Assembly (NCBI RefSeq): GCF_036321535.1
Contig: NC_087436.1
Location: 66,466,001-66,526,000, forward strand
Length of the DNA: 60,000 nt
Source: Camelus dromedarius
Lineage: Eukaryota
Direction: 5' to 3'
The position numbers and the translations under genes are program-made. Below, piece by piece: positions 37,901 to 50,169 of the stretch. Positions within the stretch are counted from its first letter, which is position 1; every line of letters starts with the position of its first letter. The notes beneath the pieces were generated by a model, which made no database searches, was not told where the DNA came from, and saw only the letters and a program-made list of their open reading frames with translations.

Positions 37901-39450
37901 AAAATATGTTACTTTGTGCCAAGAATAATTATTTGCTTTTATTTTTTGATGGTCAGAAAATACACATAAAGAATTATAAATCATGCATTCTTGTAAATAT
38001 GTAGATGTATGATGCTACAATTTTAAAAAATAATTCAATTTTTTGAAAATAATTTGGATAGAACTATTGTATAAGTATAACAGAATAATAAAACTATCCT
38101 TGACAACTAAAATAAATATCTTAAAAACATTATTTATTATTTTAATACTATCAAATATTCCTGATTGGATGATTAATTGTACAATATATCATTTCACCCA
38201 ATAATAGTGATATATTCTTGGCACTTGGGGTTGAATTAGATTGCAGAATTGATGTATGAAATGTAACATGAGGAGTACACAATGAATCTTTGTAAAATTG
38301 TGTAAATAACTGATAGGTCTGTTACAAGTGTGTTTACAGACATGTTCATATGTAATCTAGTTATTAAATAGCACAATTTTAAAATGCTGTATTCTTTTGG
38401 AGTCACCCTATTCTAGGAGAACAATAAAAGTCCATTGGCCAACAGAAAACATTAATTATTCAAGCATATAAATTATAATAGATTAACCTAAAACAAGATT
38501 GAGATGAGGTACTATGGCATATGATAATAACTTGCATCTATAGGACAATTTACAGTTTACATATTTTATCTTTGCACTCCTTGATTTGACTCTCACAACT
38601 GTGTAGAAGACATGGAAATTAAGATGAGTTTAAGTGACTTGACCAAGATCAGTTTTGAGCTGGATTTTAGCTTAGGACTTTTTCCAAACTTATTGGTTGT
38701 ATCTTTACAACACAATTTCTCATTGTTCCCAAACAGTTAAATAGAGGAAGTTTTCAAAATTTCTAACCCCTAAGTTACAGTTTTTGAACTTGTGATTGAT
38801 GGTTTCATCATGCAGGCAGTAATTTCCTATTAAAATACGGATGGGTAACGACTGCAATTAAGATTCTTTTACTAGTCTCTTGAGAGTCATCCTTAGGTAT
38901 CTCCTTTTATTAGTATGTATACAGCTACTTAAAACAATTATAACAATGGAATCTCTTGAGAATTTTATGTTGTTGGGATCAACATAAGAAAAAGTGTTTT
39001 CAGGTTTGACCTTTGTAACATGATTTATTTGATGACATTACCATTCTGTGTAGAAGTAAATGAATGGCACAACCATTGTTATCAAGACCAACCATTGTTT
39101 ATAAACACCTGTCCTTTATGTATTCTCTCTCCATCTCTAGAGAAACTTGAGCTACTCCTGCAGGGTCAGCCTAGTCATGGTCTCCAGGACAAATCTGATC
39201 ATCTGCAGAAGGGATTTAGCAACCCTTAATATCTGGGATTTGATTTTAAAAATTATTTCTGGCATCATATACTCCTGCTTATAATTTGCCTCAAATTGTG
39301 TGATTTACTTCTGATTATCTGGTTTTCACTTCATTTGCCTGTGCTGGAGCCAGTCATTGTTTTTGTTGTTGATTTTTCACCTTTATAATCTGTCTCATTT
39401 TTCAGAATCCTCTTGATTTTTCCAGGTATCCTGATAGAGGATTATAATTA

Positions 39451-39454
<4 letters not shown>

Positions 39455-39512
<58 letters not shown>
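39455..39512. repeat. Compound (TA)n(CA)n microsatellite
   Basis: Directly visible. Confidence 0.95.
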
Positions 39513-39644
39513 TATGAACAAAGCTGATTTTTTGCTGATAATGTGAAGTAAAGCATCCAAATGATAAAGTTAAGTCTACATGTCAATGATGGGAGCAGCA
39601 GAAATTGTTCCTCATCTGACTTACTTTTAAGTCATAACTTATTT

Positions 39645-39860
39645 TATAATAATAGCTACATGCCAGGTATCGTTCTGTGTGCTTCACACAGAGTCGTTAT
39701 TTTAGTATTCACAGTAACCTGACAAGATATGTGCTAATACTCTGAATTCACAGAAAAGAAAATGGAAGCATACAAGTTTAAGTAAATCAGCAATGTTACA
39801 TTTCCAGTGAGTTGCATGGGTGTGATTCAAAGCCAAGCAATTTGACTCCAGAGTCAAAGC
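39645..39860 (-). mobile_element. MIR SINE
   Basis: aataatagcta...tgccaggtatcgttct...cacagtaacctg...tgattcaaagccaagcaatttgactccagagtc. Confidence 0.7.
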
Positions 39861-40451
39861 ATCTTTTAATTCCTATTTTATATAAATCCTAACCTGAAAG
39901 CAATGATGCCTTCTCTTCTCTGTAAAGTGTTTTTATATCAATAAGAATCAGAATTAGTACTCATTGTCATGGAGTCTAGTTGTGCTCACACATTTTCTAT
40001 AGGTCACCCTTCTTTCTCCTCAATCAGAAGATTATTAATTCATTCACTAATTTATTTCCCTAGCTGAAGCCTGCAATTAATCAGATCTACCTTCTTTTTT
40101 TAATACTGCTAAGCTTGCATTTATGATACGACCTTTCTTTTAAAAGCGTCACACTCCTTTTATCAATACAACCTAAATTTAAATGTAACAAAACTACTTG
40201 CTAAACAAATTAGAAACTAATCTCTGAAAGTATCCTTATTCAGGTTTAAGTATAAATTATAACTATTCCCCTGTATTGCTGTGCTTAAATACTGCTGATT
40301 TACAAATGTATGGGTTCATTCCATCCTATTATATGTTGAATAACTTTTCTAACACCTTTAATTTTTTCTGGCTGCTATCAAGATTACCTTGAATGATGAT
40401 TTATGAACATTGAAGAAATCTACACCATGCATACAGAAGTCATGTTCTCAC

Positions 40452-40572
40452 CGTAGCATATCATTGCAATCTGTAATTACTCATTATGGCACCTTCATTA
40501 TCCAACATGATTTCGGTAGAGTATTGTGTTGTGGGTACTAGAAGTCCCCGGTCTATTCTGAAGGTCATCCTC
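40452..40572 (-). pseudogene. Candidate decayed 121-bp exon
   Basis: Donor ACG|gtgaga, weak acceptor, several retained CpGs. Phase-2 reading RMTFRIDRGLLVPTTQYSTEIMLDNEGAIMSNYRLQ*YAT. Confidence 0.3.
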
Positions 40573-41099
40573 CTTTGTTTTTGAAAGAACACTTAATAAC
40601 TTAAATTAGAAAGTTTACTGAACATAATTTTATCTTTCTTTGATAACTAAGAATGAACAATATTAGCATCTGGTAATATCTATGAGGCTGTAATAGGCGT
40701 TGACTGTCTTCAGAGGATGCTGAGTGACTCTGGGCTCAGCTTTCATTCAAAGCCTCAAGGCATTTGAGCGCCTTTAAAAGTGGTTTCTCCTTGGGATTCA
40801 CTGAGATCTCTAGTCTTTTCTGCCACTGTTCAGCATTGTGGTTTAGTCTGCTATTTAAGAACTCCTACTGTTCTAACCAAAACAGACTATGTAAGTATTA
40901 TGTATTACTGATAGTTTCATATTCATTCTTCAGTCTTCTTTGCTGCATGTTGTCTGTCCTCCGTCTAAATCCTTGCAGTGTTACAGAATTGTATGGGTGG
41001 AGTCTTCCTGTCTTCTATCTGTGCAGTCTTCCCTCTAGAACTTCATCAAATCCCATGTGTTTAAATAGCATCTATGTATTTTTGACAAAAAAGTATTTT

Positions 41100-41700
41100 T
41101 AATACTTTGTACCACAGTTTATGCAAGGTTATTATCTTTTCTCTGTTTAGGGATCCTCTTCTTTCTCCCTCCATCCCCCTCTCCACACAACTGTGTTTAA
41201 TCTGTATTTGTGTGTTTTACAAAATTTTTATGTACATATATTTCTAAATAAATTGTATTATGTTATACATCTCTGTTTCTTACTTTCTTCCCTTTTTTTT
41301 TTCTACTAAATACTGTGCTTTAAGGGCTATGCTTATTGCTTTGTGTACATCTAGGTTGTTGCTTCTAATCATTTTATCTACTGCTTGCATCCACCACATT
41401 TTTACCTACTTCCTCTCTCAGTGATGAACACCCACATTACATCCAACTCACTGATCCCTTGAATTAAGCTGCAGTGAATATGTATGCATATGTGTCTTTG
41501 TGGATCTCTGAAATAATTTATCACTCCTCCTTAAAAATGACTATCATTTATATTCCCATGACCAATGCATGTATCTGGCATTATCCAATTTTTCAACTTT
41601 CGCCAGTCTAATAGTTATAAAATGATTTTTAGTCTTAATTTACATTTTCTGGTTGTTAAATATTTTGAGAATCTCTACATAGACTTCTGTGCCATTTTTA
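41100..41700 (-). mobile_element. Old L1 3' fragment
   Basis: caccacattttacctacttcctct...gctgcagtgaata...tttcaactttcgccagtctaatag...tttacattttctggtt. Confidence 0.6.
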
Positions 41701-41960
41701 AGGTATAATAAAATATATTTGAATATAAAAGTATCTAGTAAGGAAAAGGACAATGCTCCAACATAACAGATGACTTGAACTTCAGCATCAAACATTTCTT
41801 AATACCTTAGGTGCCTAAGTGTAATATTAGTTGTAAAAATTCCTGCAAGTCTGTCATTCTGTAGAAGTACTCATGCAAAGTCCCTATAGTCACAGGTCCT
41901 ACTTATCAGTAGGAAAATGTGACTATTTTCAGTGAAGATGGATGCATATCTAGACATTAC

Positions 41961-42070
41961 CTGAAACTTAACTTCTGTTATTTTTCTTCCTCCTCTACAG
42001 TTCAGTAGTGCAGATATAGAAGCATGTATTCTCTCCAACGTAACAAGTTAGATAATATTTCTAACTTACA
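41961..42070 (-). pseudogene. Candidate decayed 110-bp exon
   Basis: Acceptor ttgtgtttcacag and donor CAG|gtaatg. Reads CKLEILSNLLRWREYMLLYLHY*TVEEEEK*QKLSF and ends in phase 2. Confidence 0.35.
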
Positions 42071-42419
42071 CTGTGAAACACAATTCATTTCCCAGTAGCT
42101 CTTTTCATTCCCGTTAATTGAAAAAAAGAGAAAAAAAATCCTAAACACTGTTCATCATCATGTAGAAGTATTTCATGAGTAATTGGCAAAAAAATAAAGG
42201 AAACTATGATATGAAAGAAACTAAGTGCTTGGTAAATACTTAAATGTAAATGAGTAGGTAAATAAAAGATAACACTGGTCCTACCAATGTCTTCCTTTTT
42301 ATTCCTAAATATTGTGTGATTCCTAAATTATTTAATTTTCCCCTAAAATATGTTATCTGTATAATTTTGCAGCACTTTCAGTGCTGCCTCACCTTATAGG
42401 ATAACAAAAATCTCTGTTT

Positions 42420-42930
42420 CCCTATGTCAATTTTAACTCTCCAGATGGTTTCATTAAAGTCTTATGACTTTATATATTATCAATATGCTGAATAATCCCA
42501 AATTCATATCGCCAGCCTCGATGGGTTCCCAGACTTTCAGACACATAAATTCAACTGCTAATTCTACTTGTTCACCTTTATACATAACTGACTTCTCAAA
42601 CATAAAATGTAAAAGAGAAGTCTTGATTTCCTCCCTGCAACTCTGAGCATCCTCCAGTCTTCACCATTTCAGAAATTGGCATTATTATCACCAGTTTGCT
42701 CAGGCAAAAGATTCTAAGAATCATCCTTGACTTTTTTCTTTCTGTTACCCCTTTCCTCCTGTCTTCAGAGAGCTTATTCTCCAGTGATGAATAAAGTAAG
42801 GAGGCAAGTCATACAAAAGATCTCATGAAGATCAAGTGCATAGGCAAGGATTTTTTGTTTTGTTTTGTGCACCAACATTTAATATAGTACTTGTCACACA
42901 GTATAATAAACAGTTGTTGAATTAGTGTGT
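42420..42930 (+). mobile_element. L2 3' region fragment
   Basis: atatgctgaataatcccaaattcatat...ttcaactgcta...ccagtttgctcaggcaaaa...gaatcatccttgact...cagttgttgaat. Confidence 0.7.
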
Positions 42931-44574
42931 TAGTCAGCCAAACAAAATGTGAAAATATTCTTAGCCCATTCAAAACTAATTCTTTGAAGACTGTTTGCTT
43001 TGGTTTTGTTGGCTAAAAACATACTCAGAAAATTTTTAATTAATTTGGTGATTAGTTTAGTTTCGGTTTAGTGCCAAACAAATGCTCTCTAGTTGTACCA
43101 TACAAATATACTCATACTTCTTCATGACAGGAACTATGTGTCACTCAATCTATTCTATATTTAGGAAGGAATATCTGCATTTAATATTTGACATGTTCAG
43201 TAGATGTTTATTGAATAAATTAATGGGCCAATGAATTGCCCTTAGTTTTATTTAAGCCTTTGTTCACAATTATATTTTTTTAATTATAGTTTTATTTGGA
43301 TAAGTAATTATAATAAATAGAATCGTGGAATAATAGAATAGAAGAGGGTTTTAGGACTGTATAATTCAACCTCCTCACTTTAGGGATGAGAAAACAGTTT
43401 TATGGAACTTGTTATTTTCTCAAGTCTTCATATTTAGTCATTGTCAGAACAGAGGGAAAAATCAGAGTTCCAAATTTCTAGGCAAGAGTTCTTGCCAATA
43501 TTTCACCAAATTTTTTTGGCCAAAGTTAAAACAAAGATATATGAATATTCAAGAATCTCTTCTGAATATTTGAAAATAGAAATCAATAGTAACATGTCAA
43601 CTGCAGTGGGGTGATTTGTTTGATGCTGCTAAGAGATGCTAATTGTCTGAAATTATTATTGCCTGTATTCATTATATAGAAAATGAATGCAGAAGATAAA
43701 AATGGATATAAAATTGAGCATCTGGGAGGAGAGTAATGACTGTTAGGCAGCTGAAGATAAATGAGTGATTCGGTGACCAAACTGATTCATTTTCATAATG
43801 TGTACTAAAAAATATAACGTTAACAATTAAAGAGCATGGTCATGACCAATATATAACAAAAGAGTTAAATGGTTAAATGTGGGAGGCATTTAGAATGTAG
43901 AGTAGCTTTTAGAATTTCATCATTGTTTTCATGTTCATAGTTCTAGGAATGGAGAGCAGGAAAATGCCATAGAAGAGGACCATAATGTACTCAAAAGGGT
44001 CGTCTTCCTGTTAGCCTTCTGTCTGGAAGTTATTCCTTCCAAACCTGCATCTAACTTTTCCCTGTCAAAACAATAGTGCCAACATATATAACAGCACCCC
44101 AAGTGCTGAGGGAAAACAAAATTATTCTCTGGAAAACAAGAGCTGGGACAGATGCAAACTTATGACTGTTAAAATGGAAAAACTAATCAGTGTTAGATGG
44201 AACTGTTAACCAACCATGGTGGCCCTGAATTTAATCCTAGAAAACTAAGATGTAATAAATAATTATTTGGAAGTGAGGTAATATTTAGAGATACATTGCC
44301 ATAATGTCTCATTTGCAGTTTCTTAAATGTGACTTTTTTTTCTAGTCAAAACAGGATTTGGGGCTGGGATTGAGATGATGGGAGATCACCACAGAAATAT
44401 GAAAGTGAAAAAATACTAATATTCACATACTGACATTGTACATATGATTTTGCTACAAAGTAACATGGTTGAAAGATAGGTTTTGTGAGAACAAGAGAGA
44501 GCAAGAGTTTTCTGAGTTCCTTTAAACAATAACAGTCAGGGCAGAATAACTCAAATAATAGTATTTGTAATATA

Positions 44575-44695
44575 CAGATAGCTAGATGAATATGTAGATG
44601 GATGGATGGATGGAAAATGAATGGACAGACAGACATACACTAGATAGGTAACTAGATAGATAGATAGATAGATAAATAGATAGGTAGATAGGTGA
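44575..44695. repeat. Degenerate (GGAT)/(GACA)/(GATA) microsatellite cluster
   Basis: Directly visible. Confidence 0.85.
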
Positions 44696-45218
44696 TACAT
44701 GTTATGATTTTGGCATATGAAGGTGATTGAAAGTTAAAACACAAAGCTTGACACTTCTGTTCCTAGTACATTACAGAGAAAAGATGGGACAGAAGCATGG
44801 AGTCACTTATGTTCTGACTCTCAGCTTTATGAGAGTAAGATGTGTTAGGTAGGTTAAGGGTAATCTGTAAAGTGTTCTTTCTCATATATCCATGTAGATT
44901 CTATAAGGAGATTACCTCACAGGCTGCTCCTACACCAACCTGGGGCAGTGGCCAGGCCAAACTCAACCAAGAAATACAATATGGTTGAGCAGGGAGAGAG
45001 CTAGAATTTTATTTTCCCAGGCCGCAAGAGGAGTTTAGTTAATGGGCTTCCCATGGGGTCCATGTAGTAAGGAATGAGGTAAATCTTCAGCAGAGTCTTC
45101 GAAGATTAGCTAGACCAAAGGTTCAGTGCAGAGTGTGGCAAATTCTCAAATGGCTTAAATTACTGTCAAGAACCAAGTTGAGGCAAATTGGGCAAGAACA
45201 CCTACTACGCCTAACAGT

Positions 45219-45730
45219 TGTGGGGCAATTTTCCATGGTGTTTCTGCATGTACTGTGATGACTTTTATCCTGGATTATTTTTTCGAGGTTGTTTGCCCAG
45301 CGAACAGCCTTGGAGGCTAGAGATACAGTCTCTTTCTAAGGTAGAGGGTAGATATGTTTTCTAACCAGAATAATAAAGATAAGGAATGTTTCCCCGCCTT
45401 CCTTGCTTATATCCAGCGTTATAAAAATATCTCTCTTTGAAGGGGAGGATGGCAGTTTTATTGGCAATCCTTTGATAAGACCAGAGATTTTCTTATCTCA
45501 GAGATATTCAGTTATGAAACAGACCATATGCACAGACACAATTGGGACCACCTCTGAATTGCCCCCCTGAGACTTGGGGGAGAAGAGGAACAGATGCAAA
45601 CGTGAAGCTTATGTTCCTTGCTGTGCTTTGAGTAATAAACTGTCTAACTGCATTTGAGTTCATTGCTTCTTTACTGACTGAAACTATGGAAGTATGGTGA
45701 GTCAGCCAGTGTCTTAGGGACCACCAAACA
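45219..45730 (+). mobile_element. Solo ERV LTR (MER89/MER90/LTR68-like)
   Basis: TG...CA termini, gcaattttccatgg...tttctgcatgt...gcgaacagccttggagg...aataaac and an internal AATAAA. Confidence 0.7.
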
Positions 45731-45969
45731 TCTTGGCACTAACCAAACCTAAAGACCAAACCTGGAAATACACAAGGTGCAAAATTTATCTACAAATACT
45801 AGTACAACCAGTAGCAATCATGTAGGTAAGAAATACTGTCATGGAGACAATGGAGTCAGCAGAATTTTACAGATTTGAGGACCTCTTGTTCTGCTACCCA
45901 TGAGCTCTGCCTCTGTTAAATCCTTTTCTAATAATGTTTTTACTGTATAGTTTAGTAAAACTTATCGAA

Positions 45970-46480
45970 AGAGCATGAATAGATATATCTGAGAGACAGA
46001 TTCAGAGGTCAATTCTGGACACTTATTAGTTGATTGCTTTTGGCAAGTTGCTTGACCCCTTAGAGACTCACTGTTCTCATCTATAAAATGAGGTTAAATA
46101 ATAAAACATAGCTCACAGAGTTATTGTAAAGAGCAAGTTTTTCAAGGCAGCTATGGTACTTGACTATCAGCCTTAGAGATATTCTTTAAAGTAAGTTTGA
46201 ATTAAAAGTGATTTAAATTTTATTTATAAATTTTTAACATATTAACTCAGTCACCATTCTATTGTATGAAGTAATTAAGCAGAAGCAATTTTTAGTGTCA
46301 TTCATTTTCATAACAACCCTATGAGGTAGGTATTCTTAACTTCCATTTTACAGAAAAGAAAATTGAATCTATAATAGGCTAAATAACTTGCCACCTATTA
46401 TCCATTTAATTACCCTCAGAGTTGATTTTAAACACAGGCCTTTGGTGTGCAAAATCTATGCTTTCTCCACTGTGGTTTTA
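45970..46480. mobile_element. Two MIR SINE fragments in opposite orientations
   Basis: ggcaagttgcttgacccct...ttctcatctataaaatg (about 46040-46090) and caaccctatgaggtaggta...ccattttacagaaaagaaaattga (about 46310-46370). Confidence 0.7.
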
Positions 46481-48049
46481 CAGTATTATGAAAAATTGGG
46501 GAAAATGAGAAAAGAAAAATCACCAAAGTATCATAAAAATCACTATCTTTTTTCATTCTTTGGCAAATACATGTGCCTTTCAATTATTATAAATACTTTT
46601 ATATTCATTTTTGTCATAAAAATATCTACATAGTTAGAAATGTATTGGGTTACATGCTTTTTGATTGATATAGAACCCCTAATTACTATTATACTTGTAA
46701 AACATTATTAATTCATTCATTTTTAAACTGTGAGGGACATTATTTTATTGTATTTAGTCAGGAACTTCTAACTTTGATTTGCCAATAAAAGTCAATTAGA
46801 AACTGTATCTATAATGAATATTTAACCTTTTTTATGGGTTTAAAAAGATTAAGAAATAAGTTATGTACCATTTTAAACTAAGGAAAATTATGTAACCATA
46901 CAATACAAATATCAAAATAAGACAAAAAGAAGGCAATTAGTCCATTGCAAATGGATTTAATTTGTTAAGGGCTCTATCTAACCCTTTATCATGCAGAATG
47001 AATGTACAAAGATGTTTTCATGCTATTTAGATATCTATGGAAAAAATAGCATGAGGCTGTTTACATTTATATTTCTAGCTCTGGAAGCTCTCATGTTTTA
47101 TGTTCCCTTAAGACAATTGCAATTGATTATGTTCACATCACATGCCAAATGAACTTGACATTTGTTCACTTTGAGCAACTGCAGACATACTGAAGTTGCT
47201 GAACTGCCTAGAAATCTGAACAAGTCAATAAGACCTTTCTCCTGACTTCATATTATTAACATTACTAGTCAAGCTGTTTTCTTTCATCTGCCTCATATTA
47301 CATTCTATAGCTAAGAGGTATCACATATGTTACCCTGAACCCCTACACTGATAATTACGTTCCTTCAATAATTAAGTTTGAAAAGATTTTCAGGATTAGC
47401 CTTTGGAAAGTGGATGGAAGCCTTCCTCTTTGAATGAGGGAGGTCTATAGGATTTCCTCTGAAACCAGTTCACCATTGTATCCTCAAGGCTTAGAAAAGA
47501 GAGGGGACACTCAAGTATATAAGGGAAAATAATTCAAAAGGAAGCAGATTAACAAGTTAACAACAGATTAACAAATAAATTATTGAGTGAATAATAAGGT
47601 TTAATGGAATTTTCTCTTTATTTCAAATAATTTAACTACCTACAGTGTAATATAAATGTCTCACAGTATATGATACACAAAGAATCCAAACACTAACCGC
47701 ATTTGGATTGAATTTTATCTTTCACTGTTTGGGGTCAGCAGTGTAAGCCCAGGTATCAACTGTCAATTGATTACTAATTAATAAATAATGTTTTCTAATC
47801 AATGATAAGTTTTTTATTAAAATGATCGCAATGAGAATCAAAATAAATCCAGTATATCCGGTGCACACAGAAGCATATAGGAAGGTCTCCAGCATACTTA
47901 AGATCATAGAATTCTTCTTGGAGGAAGTGAGCCTCACATGGAACCACATTATTATCAGTTTAATTGTACTTTGAAAATAATTTTTACCAAATTAAAATAT
48001 TTGGTCCAAAATTATGGGTGAATATATGATAGACCTATACAGATTCCTA

Positions 48050-48345
48050 CTACTTATCTCCTTTAAGCTTTGCTCAAATGTCACCTTATCACTCAGTCCC
48101 ATTCTGACCATTTTTTTAAAGTTATATTCCATCGTTCCTGAATTTGGATTCCTTTTATTCTGCTCTTATTTCTTTTTTTCTATAATTTCTATATATGTAT
48201 GTAACTTATTCTTGTATTTGTTTATTGTTTATTCTCTTCAACAAAATGTAATCTCCATGATGCTAAGTATTTTGGCTTTTTTTTATCCCAGTTTCCTAGA
48301 ACATAGCAGGGATTATTTTGTTGAATGAATAAATGAATTGAGAGT
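48050..48345 (+). mobile_element. L2 3' end
   Basis: tttgctcaaatgtcacctt...aatgtaatctccatga...cctagaacatag...ttttgttgaatgaataaatgaat. Confidence 0.75.
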
Positions 48346-48459
48346 AATTTGATAAATTTCTGTTAAATAAATACATGAATTAAGAGAAATTCAATAAAAT
48401 GTTGAATAAACAAATGAGTGAAAAGTAACAATAGAGTAGAAGGTGAAGGGATATAATGT

Positions 48460-48670
48460 TTTTAATAATATAGTAAGATTTATGGCCTGCTTACATCGTG
48501 ACAAGTACTATACTGTGTACTTTAAAGTGTTGTATAATTTAATTTTTAGAATAACTCCATAAAATGGGTACTATAAGTATCTTTATTTTAAAGATGAATA
48601 GGCTCAGAGAGATGTAATTACTTAAGACAGCACCACAAGTAAATAATAGAACTGGGATTGAATTGGTCTC
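48460..48670 (-). mobile_element. MIR SINE
   Basis: ataactccataaaatgggtactat...attttaaagatgaataggctcagagag...gaactgggattgaa. Confidence 0.6.
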
Positions 48671-48687
48671 TTCTATTAATGTAAGGA

Positions 48688-48752
48688 AAGAGAAAGGAAA
48701 AGAGAGAGACAGAGAGAGAGAAGCAGAGAGACAGACAGACAGAGACAGAGAA
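48688..48752. repeat. GA/GACA simple repeat
   Basis: Directly visible. Confidence 0.85.
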
Positions 48753-50169
48753 ACAGGCTATCATTTAATGCACTGAGTTGGAGTCCTTTTTAACTGGACA
48801 ATTTTTCAGATATTCTGTGCTTTGAGTAATGAAATTTTAGAATTGGAAAAGAACTTTGAAACAATCTTTCTCACTCTATTTTTTCAATGGGAAGATCAAG
48901 GCCAGCTGCAGTACAGATTTGAAATATGTGTACATTTCCAAGCTACTTAATTATATAACTCAGCTTCCCAGCTATAAAATAAAATTATATTGTAATTGAA
49001 TTTTATATAATTGTTTCACATGAAAATATTACATAAATCCACATATACATAAATTACATAAACAAATTACATAGATATCCCATAGTAAGTCAAACAAATG
49101 CAAAACTGAAAAACATGCAGAAAAGTCCATTTTCTTAGAAATAGATAGTTTCCATTTATTCAAGGTTTACTTAGCACTTAACTCTATGCAGCACATATAT
49201 CACTAGGCTTTGGGAATAAATAAAGAAATGATACATTCTCTGACATAAAAAACAGTTATTCTAAGAAGACAGTGAGTTCATTAATAACAATAATTTAAAA
49301 AACAACTCATCTTAAAGGATAAAAGCAGGCAAGCTTCAGGGAATTTTTAAAATCAGTCCCCATAGTTTGGAGGTTCTTTTCTCAAAGTATAAATCCAATC
49401 AAATCCTAACTCATGTTAAAAGCCAAAACAAACATTTAGAGATTGACTTCATACATGTAATAGAACCTTCAAAGGGTGAGATGTATGGCTATAAATTAAT
49501 TTATTGAACCTCTTGTTATAGCAGATGTCATGCAAAATTATTCCCAGCCTATTAGCATTTAAAGGTAACTAAACTTCACAGCCTGAATACCTGAGGCTAA
49601 GAACAGGCCCTCTCAGGAGAACAGTAAAACAAGAGAAGCTAGTTTGGTGAAGGGCACTGGCTTCTACAGGCCCTTATAAGATAAACTGTAGTAGAAAAAT
49701 CATTCAACATACCTGTTGTTCTTGATTTATCTTTCCAGGAATTTAGACCAAAAAAAAAAAAGGAGTTTTAGACAATTTTACATTATAGTGTTCCTATTCT
49801 CATAATTATTTATATTTTAATGTAGATACCTGGTTTTACTTTATATTTTATCAAACATTAATATGTTCCATTTTTAATTTTAGTCTCATTTTAAATCACA
49901 ACTGTCTTTTGTGAGAGTTATCAATTTAGTATCATTTACACATTAATGCAGATAACCAGTCTCAGAGAATATAATGATGTAAACTTTCATTTCAGTCAGA
50001 GATTATAGATTGAAACGTGTAATAAGCTGAAACCCCCACTTCAGTACAACTCACTCTGGAGTAGAACTTGTTATAAGTTTGCAGCATCGTGTCTGTCACC
50101 AAATAGGTGAATATCTCAATAGTTTCACGCTCTGAAACTTTTACTATGAAGTATTTCTCAAAAATAATT

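Noticed and set aside
41980..42050. Strong plus-strand splice acceptor at 42000
   Set aside because: No convincing donor or frame follows. The pyrimidine tract is the complement of the purine-rich minus-strand candidate exon.
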